Shown in pieces: positions 34,594 through 43,849 of a stretch of DNA of 64,000 nucleotides. The stretch comes from Bacillota bacterium (GTDB lineage Bacteria; Bacillota; JAAYKD01): positions 1,120,001 to 1,184,000 of the forward strand of contig OY762825.2 in the NCBI GenBank assembly GCA_963666425.2, written 5' to 3'. The notes below the pieces were generated by a model. It did not search any database. It was not told the DNA's origin and saw only the letters and a list, made by a program, of their open reading frames with translations. Every line of letters starts with the position of its first letter. Position 1 is the stretch's first letter. A program made the translations under genes and the position numbers.

Positions 34594-35034
34594 CTAGCTC
34601 TCACTTTCATTAAGATTTATTAAGATACGCCTTAGCGTATTCTCAAAAACAAGTATCTCATCATCTGTGAACCCGGTGTAATAGATCGCATTCATTGCTT
34701 TGGACACGTTATCATATTCGCCGCTTAACAATCGCGCCTGTTCGGTAAGCAGAATGCGTATCTGCCTTCTATCATCTTTGTCAAAAACCCGATTGACCAG
34801 CTTCGCTTGTTCCATACGGTCGAGCATACTGGTAAGAGTTGTTTTTGCCAAACCTGTTTTCCTTGAAAGCTCCGCGATTGGAATGTTGTCTTGCTGCCAT
34901 AAAACATACAGGATACGGCCCTGCGCTCCATTGAACGCATCGATTCCGGCACGGTTCAGCAGCTTTTCAAATATTCTTCCGCTGACTTGCCTGATCTGAG
35001 AGATCAAAAACCCACCATTCGTTTCAGAAACCAA
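34594..35034 (-). CDS. MarR-family transcriptional regulator
   Basis: FNGAQGRILYVLW, HTH TGLAKTTLTSMLDRME, DRR wing motif. Confidence 0.9.
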   Translation of the reverse strand: MVSETNGGFLISQIRQVSGRIFEKLLNRAGIDAFNGAQGRILYVLWQQDNIPIAELSRKTGLAKTTLTSMLDRMEQAKLVNRVFDKDDRRQIRILLTEQARLLSGEYDNVSKAMNAIYYTGFTDDEILVFENTLRRILINLNESES

Positions 35035-35055
35035 ATCAACACCACCTTAGATGAA

Positions 35056-35084
35056 ATAATACCATATAGTACTATTAATGTCAA
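35056..35084 (-). promoter_or_regulatory. sigmaA promoter of the marR operon with a palindromic operator
   Basis: TTGACA-17bp-TATTAT; perfect palindrome ATAGTACTAT (35066-35075) in the spacer. Confidence 0.7.
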
Positions 35085-35109
35085 TACCTTAATTTATGAT
35101 TTAGTTATA

Positions 35110-35163
35110 AAAAATTAAAAAAATCACGGCTCTGCTGATTCCATACAGAAATCAGCAGAGCCG
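35110..35163 (-). terminator. Terminator of the hsd operon
   Basis: Perfect stem CGGCTCTGCTGATT / AATCAGCAGAGCCG followed on the minus strand by T-tracts. Confidence 0.85.
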
Positions 35164-35232
35164 CTTGGCACATATGTTTAGGATTGGTTCGGTGATTTAA
35201 GGAAAGGGAGATTATCCAAGGTCATTTCACTT

Positions 35233-38200
35233 TTATGCTGCTACTGCATTTGCGTTGACTCGCTCAATCGCTTTTCGAATTCCTGCCCAAACAGAAAGAT
35301 TTTTAAACACTTCAACAATGCTGCCGCGATCCGTAAAAGGTGATTCCTGCAAAACAGACAGATCTTTCATCAAACCATTATGCACAATGTATTCAACGAT
35401 CTGGTTGACGAAATAGATTTGTCGGCTGTCCAGATTTGCGGTATTGAGATATTCCGCAAATGCTGTCTTGGCTGCATTGCTATCGAGACCGACGATCTCA
35501 CGTACAAATTCTCCCAAGGGCTTTTGACCACATTCCGTTTCATAATCCTGCTTTGTGCCCACCTCGCTCCAGAGGATTTTTTCCAAAGCTTTGACATCTT
35601 CTTTTGTAAGCGGAACATTGGTTTTTAGTTTGGCAATGGCAGCATTGTCCTGATGTTTCCGGATATAAAATTCTGCTTTTGCTTTGTAATTCCTGAGATC
35701 ATCATTCTCCAAATCGGATTCATGCCAGTCTGTTGATAAAATCTCATCCGCAAAATTGGTGGTGTATCTCATATCGCTGTGCGGAATATACTTCATCAGC
35801 CCGCGCAGATTTTCACGAATATGTTCAAACTCATTGATCCCGGCATTTTCCAGATAATCTGTATGCAAAATTTGATGAATCAACTCTGCCTGTGCCCTAA
35901 TCTCGGGAATATTTGCTACACCAGCGACACCGTTGATCCGTTTGAGAAGGTCGCTACGAGCACGAGTGTAATTTTTACCGACCAGATAAGCAAGCTCAAT
36001 TCCATAGATCAGCGCGTCGAAGCGGACGGCGCTTGCTTCATCTTCGTCCGGCAGGATCAACGGGGCCATTTCATTACCAACGATCAAGGTATCTTCATAG
36101 CAAAATGCATCATAGCTTTTTGGTTCGGAATACTGCTCCACAGACTTCAAATGCTGCTTGATCGCGAAATTTTCACGGTTCAATTCCTGTGCCTTGCGTA
36201 CCATGTCGTCTACTAAGCTTTTGCGGAAGGGAATCAATTCTTTCGTCTGGAAAGCAATGTCCTGCAGTTTGAAAACAATCTGCATTTTCAATTGATAAAT
36301 TGCACCCTGCAACGCCAGCATATTGGCTGTAGGCCGCCCTTTATTCATCCGGAAGAATTCAAAGTTGCCGCAGAAATCAAAAATATAAAACTTCTGCTTA
36401 TCTTCTCCATCCAAAAGACCCGGACAGAGACGGGTTCCGCGGCCGATCATCTGCCAGAACTTTGCCTTGCTCATCACCTTTTTGAAAAATACGAGGTTCA
36501 GAATCTCCGGAATATCAATACCGGTATCCAGCATATCTACCGAAATAGCGATCTGCGGCAGTTTGTTCGGCTCGGAAAATTCGTCGATAGCACTCTGTGC
36601 ATACGTCATGTAGTTATCGATAACCTTGGCATAACCGAACAAATTTGGGTACTCCTTACCGAAAATCTCATAAATCTTTTCGGCATGCAGGTGATTCTTG
36701 GCAAAAATGATCGTCTTGCCCAGCTTTTCCCCGTAGTTGATCTTGATTCCATCTGTCATCAGAACCTGTATTACCTGCCGGATAGTATCCTCATTGAAAA
36801 TCCACTCATTCAGGGCTGAGGAAGCAATCGATTCCGGCACTTCGCCGTTTTCATCCTCAAAAGTGTCCTCATAAATTGCCTTGTCTTGCTCGGAAAGATC
36901 ATCGTAGACGATACCCTGCTCGATGAATTTCAATTTCGTCTCCACAGACAGAAAATCCACCAGATAGCCATCGCTGACCGCCTGTGCCAACTCGTAGCCG
37001 TAGGTTGGCACACCATTTTCCAACTCGAATATTTCATAGGTGTTTTTTTCGATATCAATTTTTGGTGTTGCAGTAAGGCCCACCAACGGTGCATCAAAAT
37101 AAGTGAAAATATCACGGTATTTGTTATAGATGGAGCGGTGTGCCTCGTCACAGATCACCAGATCGAAGTGCCCGCAGGTGAAAAGCTTGCCCTCGTCATC
37201 CTTTACAGAGTCAATACAGTTCATCATCGTCTGATAAGTAGAAAAAACGCAGTGGGCGCTGTAATTGTCTTTTTCCTCGCAGAGATTGGTGAGAGACAGA
37301 TCGGGAAGGTAATTGACGAAATTGCGTTTGGCTTGTGTGACCAACGAATTGCGGTCGGCGAGAAACAGGATGTTTTTAATCCAGCCATGCTGCAGCAGCA
37401 CGTCGCACAAAGCAATGACCGTTCTCGTCTTGCCGGAACCGGTGGCCATCACCAGCAGCGCCTTGCGGCGATTGCGTGCGTCAAAGCTGTCGCAAATGGC
37501 CTTGATGGCTGCTTCCTCGTAATAGCGCCCGGCGATGTTCTTATTGACCATTACATACGCGAGACGAGTCCGCAATGACCGTAAATTGAACAATTTTTCC
37601 AGATCACGCTTGGAGTAGATACATGCAACTTTTCGCTCCGGATATAGGTTGTCAACAATACGCGTTTCAAAACCGTTGGTGAGAAAGACAATCGGGCGAC
37701 GGTGATATTTCTGTTCTAATAAATCGGCATAAAGTTTTGCTTGCTGGCGGCCCTTGGCAACATCCACGCACGTACGTTTTGCTTCCACCACCGCAAGCGG
37801 TCTTCCATCGTCTCCATAGAGCACATAATCGGCATAACCTATTTCAGACCAGTTTGGCATGCCGGGCAATTCAACTTCGCTCAGCCAATCATGGCCTTCC
37901 GTCCAACCCGCATCCGCCAGCATGGCATCGATATAGATTTTGCGTGTCTTATATTCTGAAAGCTCCAGCGGCTTGGGCACATAAGTTTGCTGCTGTTCCT
38001 CCCGACGGGCTGTCAGCTCTTCTTTCAGCGCTTTGTTTTCGGCGATGAGTGCTTTCAGATCAACCTCCGGTACTTCAAGAAGAGGAGGTGTAACCATGGC
38101 CGGTTCCGTCTGCAGAAGTGCGGCATCAAACTTACCTTCCACGTAATCTTTTCCATAGCAGTAAGCGACAAAATCAAGGAAAACATACAGGTTTTCCAGG

Positions 38201-38529
38201 CACAGGGCTGCTTGCTCAAGTGTTACCTTTTTACCGCTGTGGACGGCGTTATTGCCCATTTTGCGGATGAAATCCATGCGCCGCCAAATATCGATGCCCA
38301 CAACATCATGGAATTCTTCCGCATTCATCAGATTGACCAACGTATCTTGATACGGCATGACAAGGCTGCCGTCCACGGAATACATCCATTTGACGGCAAA
38401 CTCCATCGCGCGGCGGCAGTTGATAATACTTGCCTCCACATCAAGTTGCAGGATTCGTTCTGCCGACACCGCTACATCCGCAAAGGAGGCAAACTGCGGG
38501 TCGGAGTGAAGAAAATCAAAGTTGGTCAT
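35233..38529 (-). CDS. hsdR: Type I restriction enzyme R subunit (EcoAI/EcoEI-like, N-terminal DUF4145-like domain)
   Basis: Nuclease motif ADYVL...VVEAKR, Walker A MATGSGKT, DEAHRS, LTATP, MLDTGID, QMIGRGTR. Confidence 0.95.
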   Translation of the reverse strand: MTNFDFLHSDPQFASFADVAVSAERILQLDVEASIINCRRAMEFAVKWMYSVDGSLVMPYQDTLVNLMNAEEFHDVVGIDIWRRMDFIRKMGNNAVHSGKKVTLEQAALCLENLYVFLDFVAYCYGKDYVEGKFDAALLQTEPAMVTPPLLEVPEVDLKALIAENKALKEELTARREEQQQTYVPKPLELSEYKTRKIYIDAMLADAGWTEGHDWLSEVELPGMPNWSEIGYADYVLYGDDGRPLAVVEAKRTCVDVAKGRQQAKLYADLLEQKYHRRPIVFLTNGFETRIVDNLYPERKVACIYSKRDLEKLFNLRSLRTRLAYVMVNKNIAGRYYEEAAIKAICDSFDARNRRKALLVMATGSGKTRTVIALCDVLLQHGWIKNILFLADRNSLVTQAKRNFVNYLPDLSLTNLCEEKDNYSAHCVFSTYQTMMNCIDSVKDDEGKLFTCGHFDLVICDEAHRSIYNKYRDIFTYFDAPLVGLTATPKIDIEKNTYEIFELENGVPTYGYELAQAVSDGYLVDFLSVETKLKFIEQGIVYDDLSEQDKAIYEDTFEDENGEVPESIASSALNEWIFNEDTIRQVIQVLMTDGIKINYGEKLGKTIIFAKNHLHAEKIYEIFGKEYPNLFGYAKVIDNYMTYAQSAIDEFSEPNKLPQIAISVDMLDTGIDIPEILNLVFFKKVMSKAKFWQMIGRGTRLCPGLLDGEDKQKFYIFDFCGNFEFFRMNKGRPTANMLALQGAIYQLKMQIVFKLQDIAFQTKELIPFRKSLVDDMVRKAQELNRENFAIKQHLKSVEQYSEPKSYDAFCYEDTLIVGNEMAPLILPDEDEASAVRFDALIYGIELAYLVGKNYTRARSDLLKRINGVAGVANIPEIRAQAELIHQILHTDYLENAGINEFEHIRENLRGLMKYIPHSDMRYTTNFADEILSTDWHESDLENDDLRNYKAKAEFYIRKHQDNAAIAKLKTNVPLTKEDVKALEKILWSEVGTKQDYETECGQKPLGEFVREIVGLDSNAAKTAFAEYLNTANLDSRQIYFVNQIVEYIVHNGLMKDLSVLQESPFTDRGSIVEVFKNLSVWAGIRKAIERVNANAVAA

Positions 38530-38541
38530 GACAAAGTTACC

Positions 38542-39072
38542 TCAATCTTTCAAGAAAAAATCAGGATTATCGTTAAATGCAGTTATTAACCAAGGCTGAG
38601 CATTAAATCCGACAATCATTTCCTTGGTGAATGGATCGATATCCGTTATTTGTCCTGGTTGATATATATAACCTATCTGAGTTAAATATAATGCATTACC
38701 ATCATTCATATCCAGACGAATTTGTTTATGATCATTCAATAAAAGCTGCCTTATGTATTCTTTTTGTTTATTGTCTAGAGATTTGAACATCTTCTTAAAT
38801 GATCTTATGGTTCTACACCGCTTTAGCCGTTTTGAACCAGAAGAAATGAGAATTTGGAGAACAATAATAAGCGTGAGAAATACACAAAACAAAAACAACA
38901 CCGAAATACACAACATCCAGTTTTCCGGTATATTGGCAAGATGCAACCTTTGGAGCATATCTTCAGGCATGAACAGTATAAAGCTTGACACGATACCAAT
39001 AGAAACAACAACTGGACTTATTTTTTTCAAATGTTCAAATAACTTATCAAGATGAACATCTATTTTCAACAC
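38542..39072 (-). CDS. Superinfection exclusion protein B (SieB)-like 2-TM membrane protein
   Basis: Two TM helices (VVSIGIVSSFILFMPE; WMLCISVLFLFCVFLTL), then a basic helix and SLDNKQKEYIRQL...LDMNDGNALYLTQIGYIY, which resembles the SieB family. AT-rich. Confidence 0.6.
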   Translation of the reverse strand: MLKIDVHLDKLFEHLKKISPVVVSIGIVSSFILFMPEDMLQRLHLANIPENWMLCISVLFLFCVFLTLIIVLQILISSGSKRLKRCRTIRSFKKMFKSLDNKQKEYIRQLLLNDHKQIRLDMNDGNALYLTQIGYIYQPGQITDIDPFTKEMIVGFNAQPWLITAFNDNPDFFLKD

Positions 39073-39092
39073 AATTGCCTCCCCAAAACATT

Positions 39093-39155
39093 CTAAATCT
39101 GTGATTTCAGTATCATGCGAACTTCAGAATGGATTAAAAAATCAAAATTGGTCAT
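39093..39155 (-). pseudogene. Duplicated 5' stub of hsdR (20-codon mini-ORF MTNFDFLIHSE...)
   Basis: ATGACCAATTTTGATTTT versus the hsdR start ATGACCAACTTTGATTTT; it has its own AAGGTG RBS. Confidence 0.7.
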
Positions 39156-39173
39156 GTCAGCACCTTGTCAGTA

Positions 39174-39908
39174 TTAGAAAATGGTTTTTATTACTTGTTC
39201 CGTTCCGCTAATTAACTCTTCAACCTCATCCTTATTGGGTTCTCGTTCTTTGCTGTGATCGCACAGATTTCGAATATCTCCCAATCTTTGTACTCTTCTC
39301 CATTCAACTGTATCGTATACATTATCTTTTAATGCATCATTGAAATCAGTTATTGTTGGATTCTTTTTTTTAGTAACAATCTCTCTAGTATGACACACTC
39401 CAGAAAAATGCTTTTCTAATACTACTCCACATATTGCACCAGCAGCTCTAAGAAAGCCCATTTTGAGCAGATGCTTTGCCGTTTCAATTTCCGAGTCGAA
39501 AATATCAGCTTGGAGTACTACTTGTATACTGTAAATCTTGCTATCGAATTTATCTAAACATGCTTGCAGCATTTTCACCTGTCGAAGCACATTAAGTGCT
39601 GCTGTCCACGGTCCATATAAGTCCCTTGTATGATGGATTCCCCGTAATGCATCTGAAATACTGTATGTCCCAAAATTAATCTCTTTCCGTTTAGGATTAG
39701 AATAAAGCAGTATAAAATCTTGAGTACGGTCTGGAATTAGCTGTTTTATAAGAACCAGTGCTTTTGTATACCATTCTTCATAATTCAAAATAAAAAAGCC
39801 AAAATCCTTACACTTAGATTTATCAATTCTTTCAAGCGAATAGTAAAGCTTATCTCCATGATCAATTAACTTCTGGATTTCATTTTTTAGCTCGGTATAT
39901 TCTTTCAT
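39174..39908 (-). CDS. Hypothetical protein with a C-terminal HEPN-like domain
   Basis: AAGAICGVVLEKHF helix and Rx4H motif RNLCDH; AT-rich; embedded in the hsd operon. Confidence 0.65.
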   Translation of the reverse strand: MKEYTELKNEIQKLIDHGDKLYYSLERIDKSKCKDFGFFILNYEEWYTKALVLIKQLIPDRTQDFILLYSNPKRKEINFGTYSISDALRGIHHTRDLYGPWTAALNVLRQVKMLQACLDKFDSKIYSIQVVLQADIFDSEIETAKHLLKMGFLRAAGAICGVVLEKHFSGVCHTREIVTKKKNPTITDFNDALKDNVYDTVEWRRVQRLGDIRNLCDHSKEREPNKDEVEELISGTEQVIKTIF

Positions 39909-39919
39909 GCGTTCTCACC

Positions 39920-41083
39920 TCACCCAAAATACTGTTGCATGAGTGCTTTTTTTAGTGTCTCAAGCTTTTCCAGGCTCATTTGAATTTCAAGTTTTGATTT
40001 GTCGATTTGTTTGACGAAGTCAGAAAATTGCTCTTGTAGTCCCAACGGAGGTAGAATAATCATGTAGTCTTCAATTTGTGCGCTGCTTACATTTGGTTGA
40101 AGCGAATTACCACTCATTCTATCTACATAATCCTTAAAGTCATCAGTTCTACACAGAACTTCAAGAAATATTGGCGTAATGCCTCTTTTCATTTGAAATC
40201 TTCCAACTCGTTGATTCAATAAGCATGGCAAATCTCTGCTTGAAACTTTTGCAATTTTCACTGAATTAAGTGACTTAATTATAGGACGAGTCATTGCCAT
40301 AACTAAATCGCCATCTTGCAATGCAAATTCTTGATACTTTGTGAGATATTCCTGCGGTACAGAATTGACAACGTCCCAATTAATAAAATCCTTGTTCACA
40401 TTGCCAATTTGAACGAGTGGAACACCTTCGTCAACAAAAGCCTTACTCATAAAAGCATATCCGCCTTGCAGTCTTGCATAATCACCCAACTGAACTACAG
40501 GATAATCAAATTGATTATTATTTACCGTACCGAAAATCTCGACAAACCGGGATTTGATGAGGTCTTCCAGTTTAGCAAGCTGTTGCTTGCGGAGGGAAAT
40601 GAGATTGATTATTTTTCTAAATGCAGCAGCGATTCTCTTCTGTTCATCCAAAGGTGGAAGTGGTATTTCGATGTTTTCAACAATACCTTTTGATATTTCT
40701 TTGAATGTGGCTCCGCGTCCTAATGAGTTAAGACAATCCGTGTTCCCTTTCAGGAAAAAATACAAATACTCATTAAAAACACGATCTGAGCAAATTAGGT
40801 TTTTGAAGCCTTGATTGCAGCACATTTTGCATCCTGCTATAGCCGTTTTTCCAATAGGAGCGCGGGAAGATAAAATCACGGTTCCCGCAGGAAATGGGTG
40901 TAGCCCTGTTTTTCTCTTTCCTTCTTCTGTAATATGGCGTGAAGAGTCAAAAATGTAAAACGAATCATCTGATAATTCAGCGGGCGTAATCCATTTTATA
41001 TCTCCATCCCAGTATTCATTCATGTTCGTTTTTGGAGTAGAGCCAGATATGACCTTACATACATCCCCCAATTTCGCCATCAT
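39920..41083 (-). CDS. hsdS: Type I R-M specificity subunit
   Basis: Two TRDs with conserved repeats LGDV..SGSTPK / IPLPPLDEQKRI and LGDY / LPPLGLQEQF; SSRAPIG. Confidence 0.93.
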   Translation of the reverse strand: MMAKLGDVCKVISGSTPKTNMNEYWDGDIKWITPAELSDDSFYIFDSSRHITEEGKRKTGLHPFPAGTVILSSRAPIGKTAIAGCKMCCNQGFKNLICSDRVFNEYLYFFLKGNTDCLNSLGRGATFKEISKGIVENIEIPLPPLDEQKRIAAAFRKIINLISLRKQQLAKLEDLIKSRFVEIFGTVNNNQFDYPVVQLGDYARLQGGYAFMSKAFVDEGVPLVQIGNVNKDFINWDVVNSVPQEYLTKYQEFALQDGDLVMAMTRPIIKSLNSVKIAKVSSRDLPCLLNQRVGRFQMKRGITPIFLEVLCRTDDFKDYVDRMSGNSLQPNVSSAQIEDYMIILPPLGLQEQFSDFVKQIDKSKLEIQMSLEKLETLKKALMQQYFG

Positions 41084-42579
41084 ACCATCTCCTTCAGTTC
41101 TGCCAAGCTCTTAATAATTTCCTTTTCGATCTCATGCAGGTCTGCCATGATTTCCTTCGTTGAGAGGTACTCCGTCTTAACATAGTCCGTCTTTTTATAT
41201 TTGTTAATGGAAAGGTCATAATCGTTCCCGACGATTTCAGCTTTCGGCACCAGAAAGGATTTTTCTGTTCTGGCACGGTCGGCTTCCTCATCCCTGTTTT
41301 TAAAACGCTCAATAATGTCGGGAATGTCGTTGTTATCCGGTGTAAGTGTCCGTTTGTCATCTAGGCTCATACCATCAGCAGTCATATTATAGAACCACAC
41401 GTTATCCGTGCCGCCATGGCCGGTCTTCGTAAATACTAAAATTCCGGTGGAAACGCCGGCATAAGGCTTGAACACGCCGGAAGGCATGGAAATGACTGCT
41501 TCCAGTCGATTACCCTCAATTAGCTCCTTACGGATAGCCTTATGCGCTGTGGAGGATCCAAACAGCACGCCGTCTGGTACGATGCAGGCACAGCGACCGC
41601 CCACCTTCAACATGCGCAAGAAAAGCGCCAAAAATAGCAGCTCGGTTTTCTTTGTCTTGCAAACTTTCAGAAGGTCAGTGGAAACCGTATCGGAATCCAA
41701 GCTGCCCTTGAACGGTGGATTGGCGAGGATCAGAGAATATCGTTCTCTATCTGGGTTCTGATCGGACAGGCTGTCGCGGTACTCTATAAACGGATTATCT
41801 ACGCCATGCGTCATCATGTTCATGGCGCCGATACGAAGCATCGTCCGATCCATGTCGTAGCCATGAAACATGTGGTTCATGTAGTGGCCTTTTTTTTGCT
41901 TGTCGAAGAAAATTTCTTCTTTGTAATGCTCTTTTAGGTATTCAGCAGCGGTCACCAGGAAGCCAGACGTGCCACAGGCGGGATCGCAGATTACATCGTC
42001 CGGTCGCGGTGCAAGCAGTTCCACCATCATACGGATAACGTGACGTGGTGTGCGGAACTGACCGTTCATACCGGAGGTGGAAATTTTAGAAAGCAGATAT
42101 TCGTAGACATCGCCACGCACATCCGATTCTTTCATGGCGGACATTTGGCGATAGATTTCATCCAGAGCGTCCACAATCTTGGAGAGCATCAGCGGTGTTG
42201 GGATTTTGAAAATAGCGTCATCCATATATTTGGAATAGGCGCTTTCTTTGTTCCCATGCAGATTTTTAATGAATGGGAACACTAGTTCTTGTACGACCGA
42301 GTACATTTTACCTGCCGGAAAATCGTGAAACACCGACCATTTGAGCTGGTTGCCGTCTACCCGGCGATCGCCAATCTGCACCTCATTGGCAAAAATGCTT
42401 TCAAAAGAAAGCCCCAGCATAGCACTCTCCTTAGCGCGCAGGTTGTCTGTGTCATCCAAGTCACGGATGAACATGAGATAGGTCATCTGCTCCACTACAT
42501 CCAACGGATTGGTCAGCCCACCGGTCCAGAACATTTCCCAAAGGCTATCGATTCGATTTTTCAGTTCGCCTGTTATCAT
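41080..42579 (-). CDS. hsdM: Type I R-M m6A methyltransferase subunit
   Basis: GQFRTPRH, DPACGTSGFL (motif I), NPPF (motif IV), VPDGVLFG. Confidence 0.96.
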   Translation of the reverse strand: MITGELKNRIDSLWEMFWTGGLTNPLDVVEQMTYLMFIRDLDDTDNLRAKESAMLGLSFESIFANEVQIGDRRVDGNQLKWSVFHDFPAGKMYSVVQELVFPFIKNLHGNKESAYSKYMDDAIFKIPTPLMLSKIVDALDEIYRQMSAMKESDVRGDVYEYLLSKISTSGMNGQFRTPRHVIRMMVELLAPRPDDVICDPACGTSGFLVTAAEYLKEHYKEEIFFDKQKKGHYMNHMFHGYDMDRTMLRIGAMNMMTHGVDNPFIEYRDSLSDQNPDRERYSLILANPPFKGSLDSDTVSTDLLKVCKTKKTELLFLALFLRMLKVGGRCACIVPDGVLFGSSTAHKAIRKELIEGNRLEAVISMPSGVFKPYAGVSTGILVFTKTGHGGTDNVWFYNMTADGMSLDDKRTLTPDNNDIPDIIERFKNRDEEADRARTEKSFLVPKAEIVGNDYDLSINKYKKTDYVKTEYLSTKEIMADLHEIEKEIIKSLAELKEMV

Positions 42580-43638
42580 TTATTCTTTCTCCCTATTCCA
42601 TGTATAGGAGGCGTAGCGCCCCCCACTGAGCTTAATGATTTCATCGCTTTTCAGCAGGTTATTCAGGGCCCGTTGGATGGTAACCTGACTGATGTCCGGG
42701 CATTTTTGCATGATTTCTGTTTTGGTGATTTTGCCAAGCGTCCCTTTAATGATCTCCCGAACACGATCCGCTTTGGAAAGATTACTGGTTGTCAGAAGCT
42801 GCATACGGGAAGAAAATTCCCGATATGCCGCAACAATCACGCCTAGCATATATCGCACAAATGGCATATAGTCATTTTTTTCTTCGTGCCAGCCTTCGGA
42901 ACTTTGCTGCAGAGTTTCATAATAGGTTTCTCGTGACATCTCGATCAGCTTTTCAATACTGATATATTTGCTAACGTTATAGCCACCGCGATAGAGTAAA
43001 AGCAGTGTCAGAAGACGACTCATGCGGCCGTTGCCATCGTTGAAGGGGTGAATGCAAAGAAAATCCAGAATAAACACTGGAATGAGCAGTAACGGATCGT
43101 ATTCGGCATTTTTGCTGGCTTCTTCCAGCGCAACGCAGAGCTGTTCCATCGCCTCTGTCGTCTCCCACGCTGGCACTGGTTGGAACCTGATGAACTTATT
43201 CCCTTGTGCATCTTCTTCCGCAATCACATTATCGGCGCTTTTATAAGAACCGCCGGTGCTTTTTCCGCTGAATTTATAGAGATCGCGGTGCAGCTGCAGG
43301 ATCATGGACGGTTTTGGTGGGATGAAGTCATGGCTTTCGTGAATCGTGGCAAGCACATCGCGGTAGCCGGCAATTTCCTCTTCGTTTCTGGTTTTCGGCA
43401 TTGTTTTATCACTGATAATTTTCTTCAATCGTTCGTTGGAAGTCGAGATGCCTTCGATTTTATTGGACGCCTCGGCACTCTGAATTTTCGCGACCTCAAC
43501 GAGTTGCGTCAATGTGTCGCTTTGAGCTTCAATAAATTGATTCTGCTCTCCCTTGAATTCATGGATTTGCACCAGAAGCGCAACGGTTTCTGGAGTAAGC
43601 AAAGCATGATATATCTTGTCATAATTGTATTTCCGCAT
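42580..43638 (-). CDS. Fic-domain protein (AMPylase) with C-terminal wHTH
   Basis: Canonical HPFNDGNGRMSR; N-terminal inhibitory motif SNKIEG; its stop codon abuts the hsdM ATG. Confidence 0.92.
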   Translation of the reverse strand: MRKYNYDKIYHALLTPETVALLVQIHEFKGEQNQFIEAQSDTLTQLVEVAKIQSAEASNKIEGISTSNERLKKIISDKTMPKTRNEEEIAGYRDVLATIHESHDFIPPKPSMILQLHRDLYKFSGKSTGGSYKSADNVIAEEDAQGNKFIRFQPVPAWETTEAMEQLCVALEEASKNAEYDPLLLIPVFILDFLCIHPFNDGNGRMSRLLTLLLLYRGGYNVSKYISIEKLIEMSRETYYETLQQSSEGWHEEKNDYMPFVRYMLGVIVAAYREFSSRMQLLTTSNLSKADRVREIIKGTLGKITKTEIMQKCPDISQVTIQRALNNLLKSDEIIKLSGGRYASYTWNREKE

Positions 43639-43849
43639 AGTATTACCTCAGTTCAAAATCAACTTGCTCATACGTTTCATATTGATGCAATTACAGAATA
43701 TCTCCATTTTCATCAAAAGTCAAGATCAATTTGATCATTATTTTCTTATATGAGTAAATTGATATGCGCGGTGATGCAACAACGCCGCCCGAGAGAATTA
43801 CTCCCTTAGGCGGCGCCGTTATTGAGGTTAGCTTCAAGTGATCTGTACA

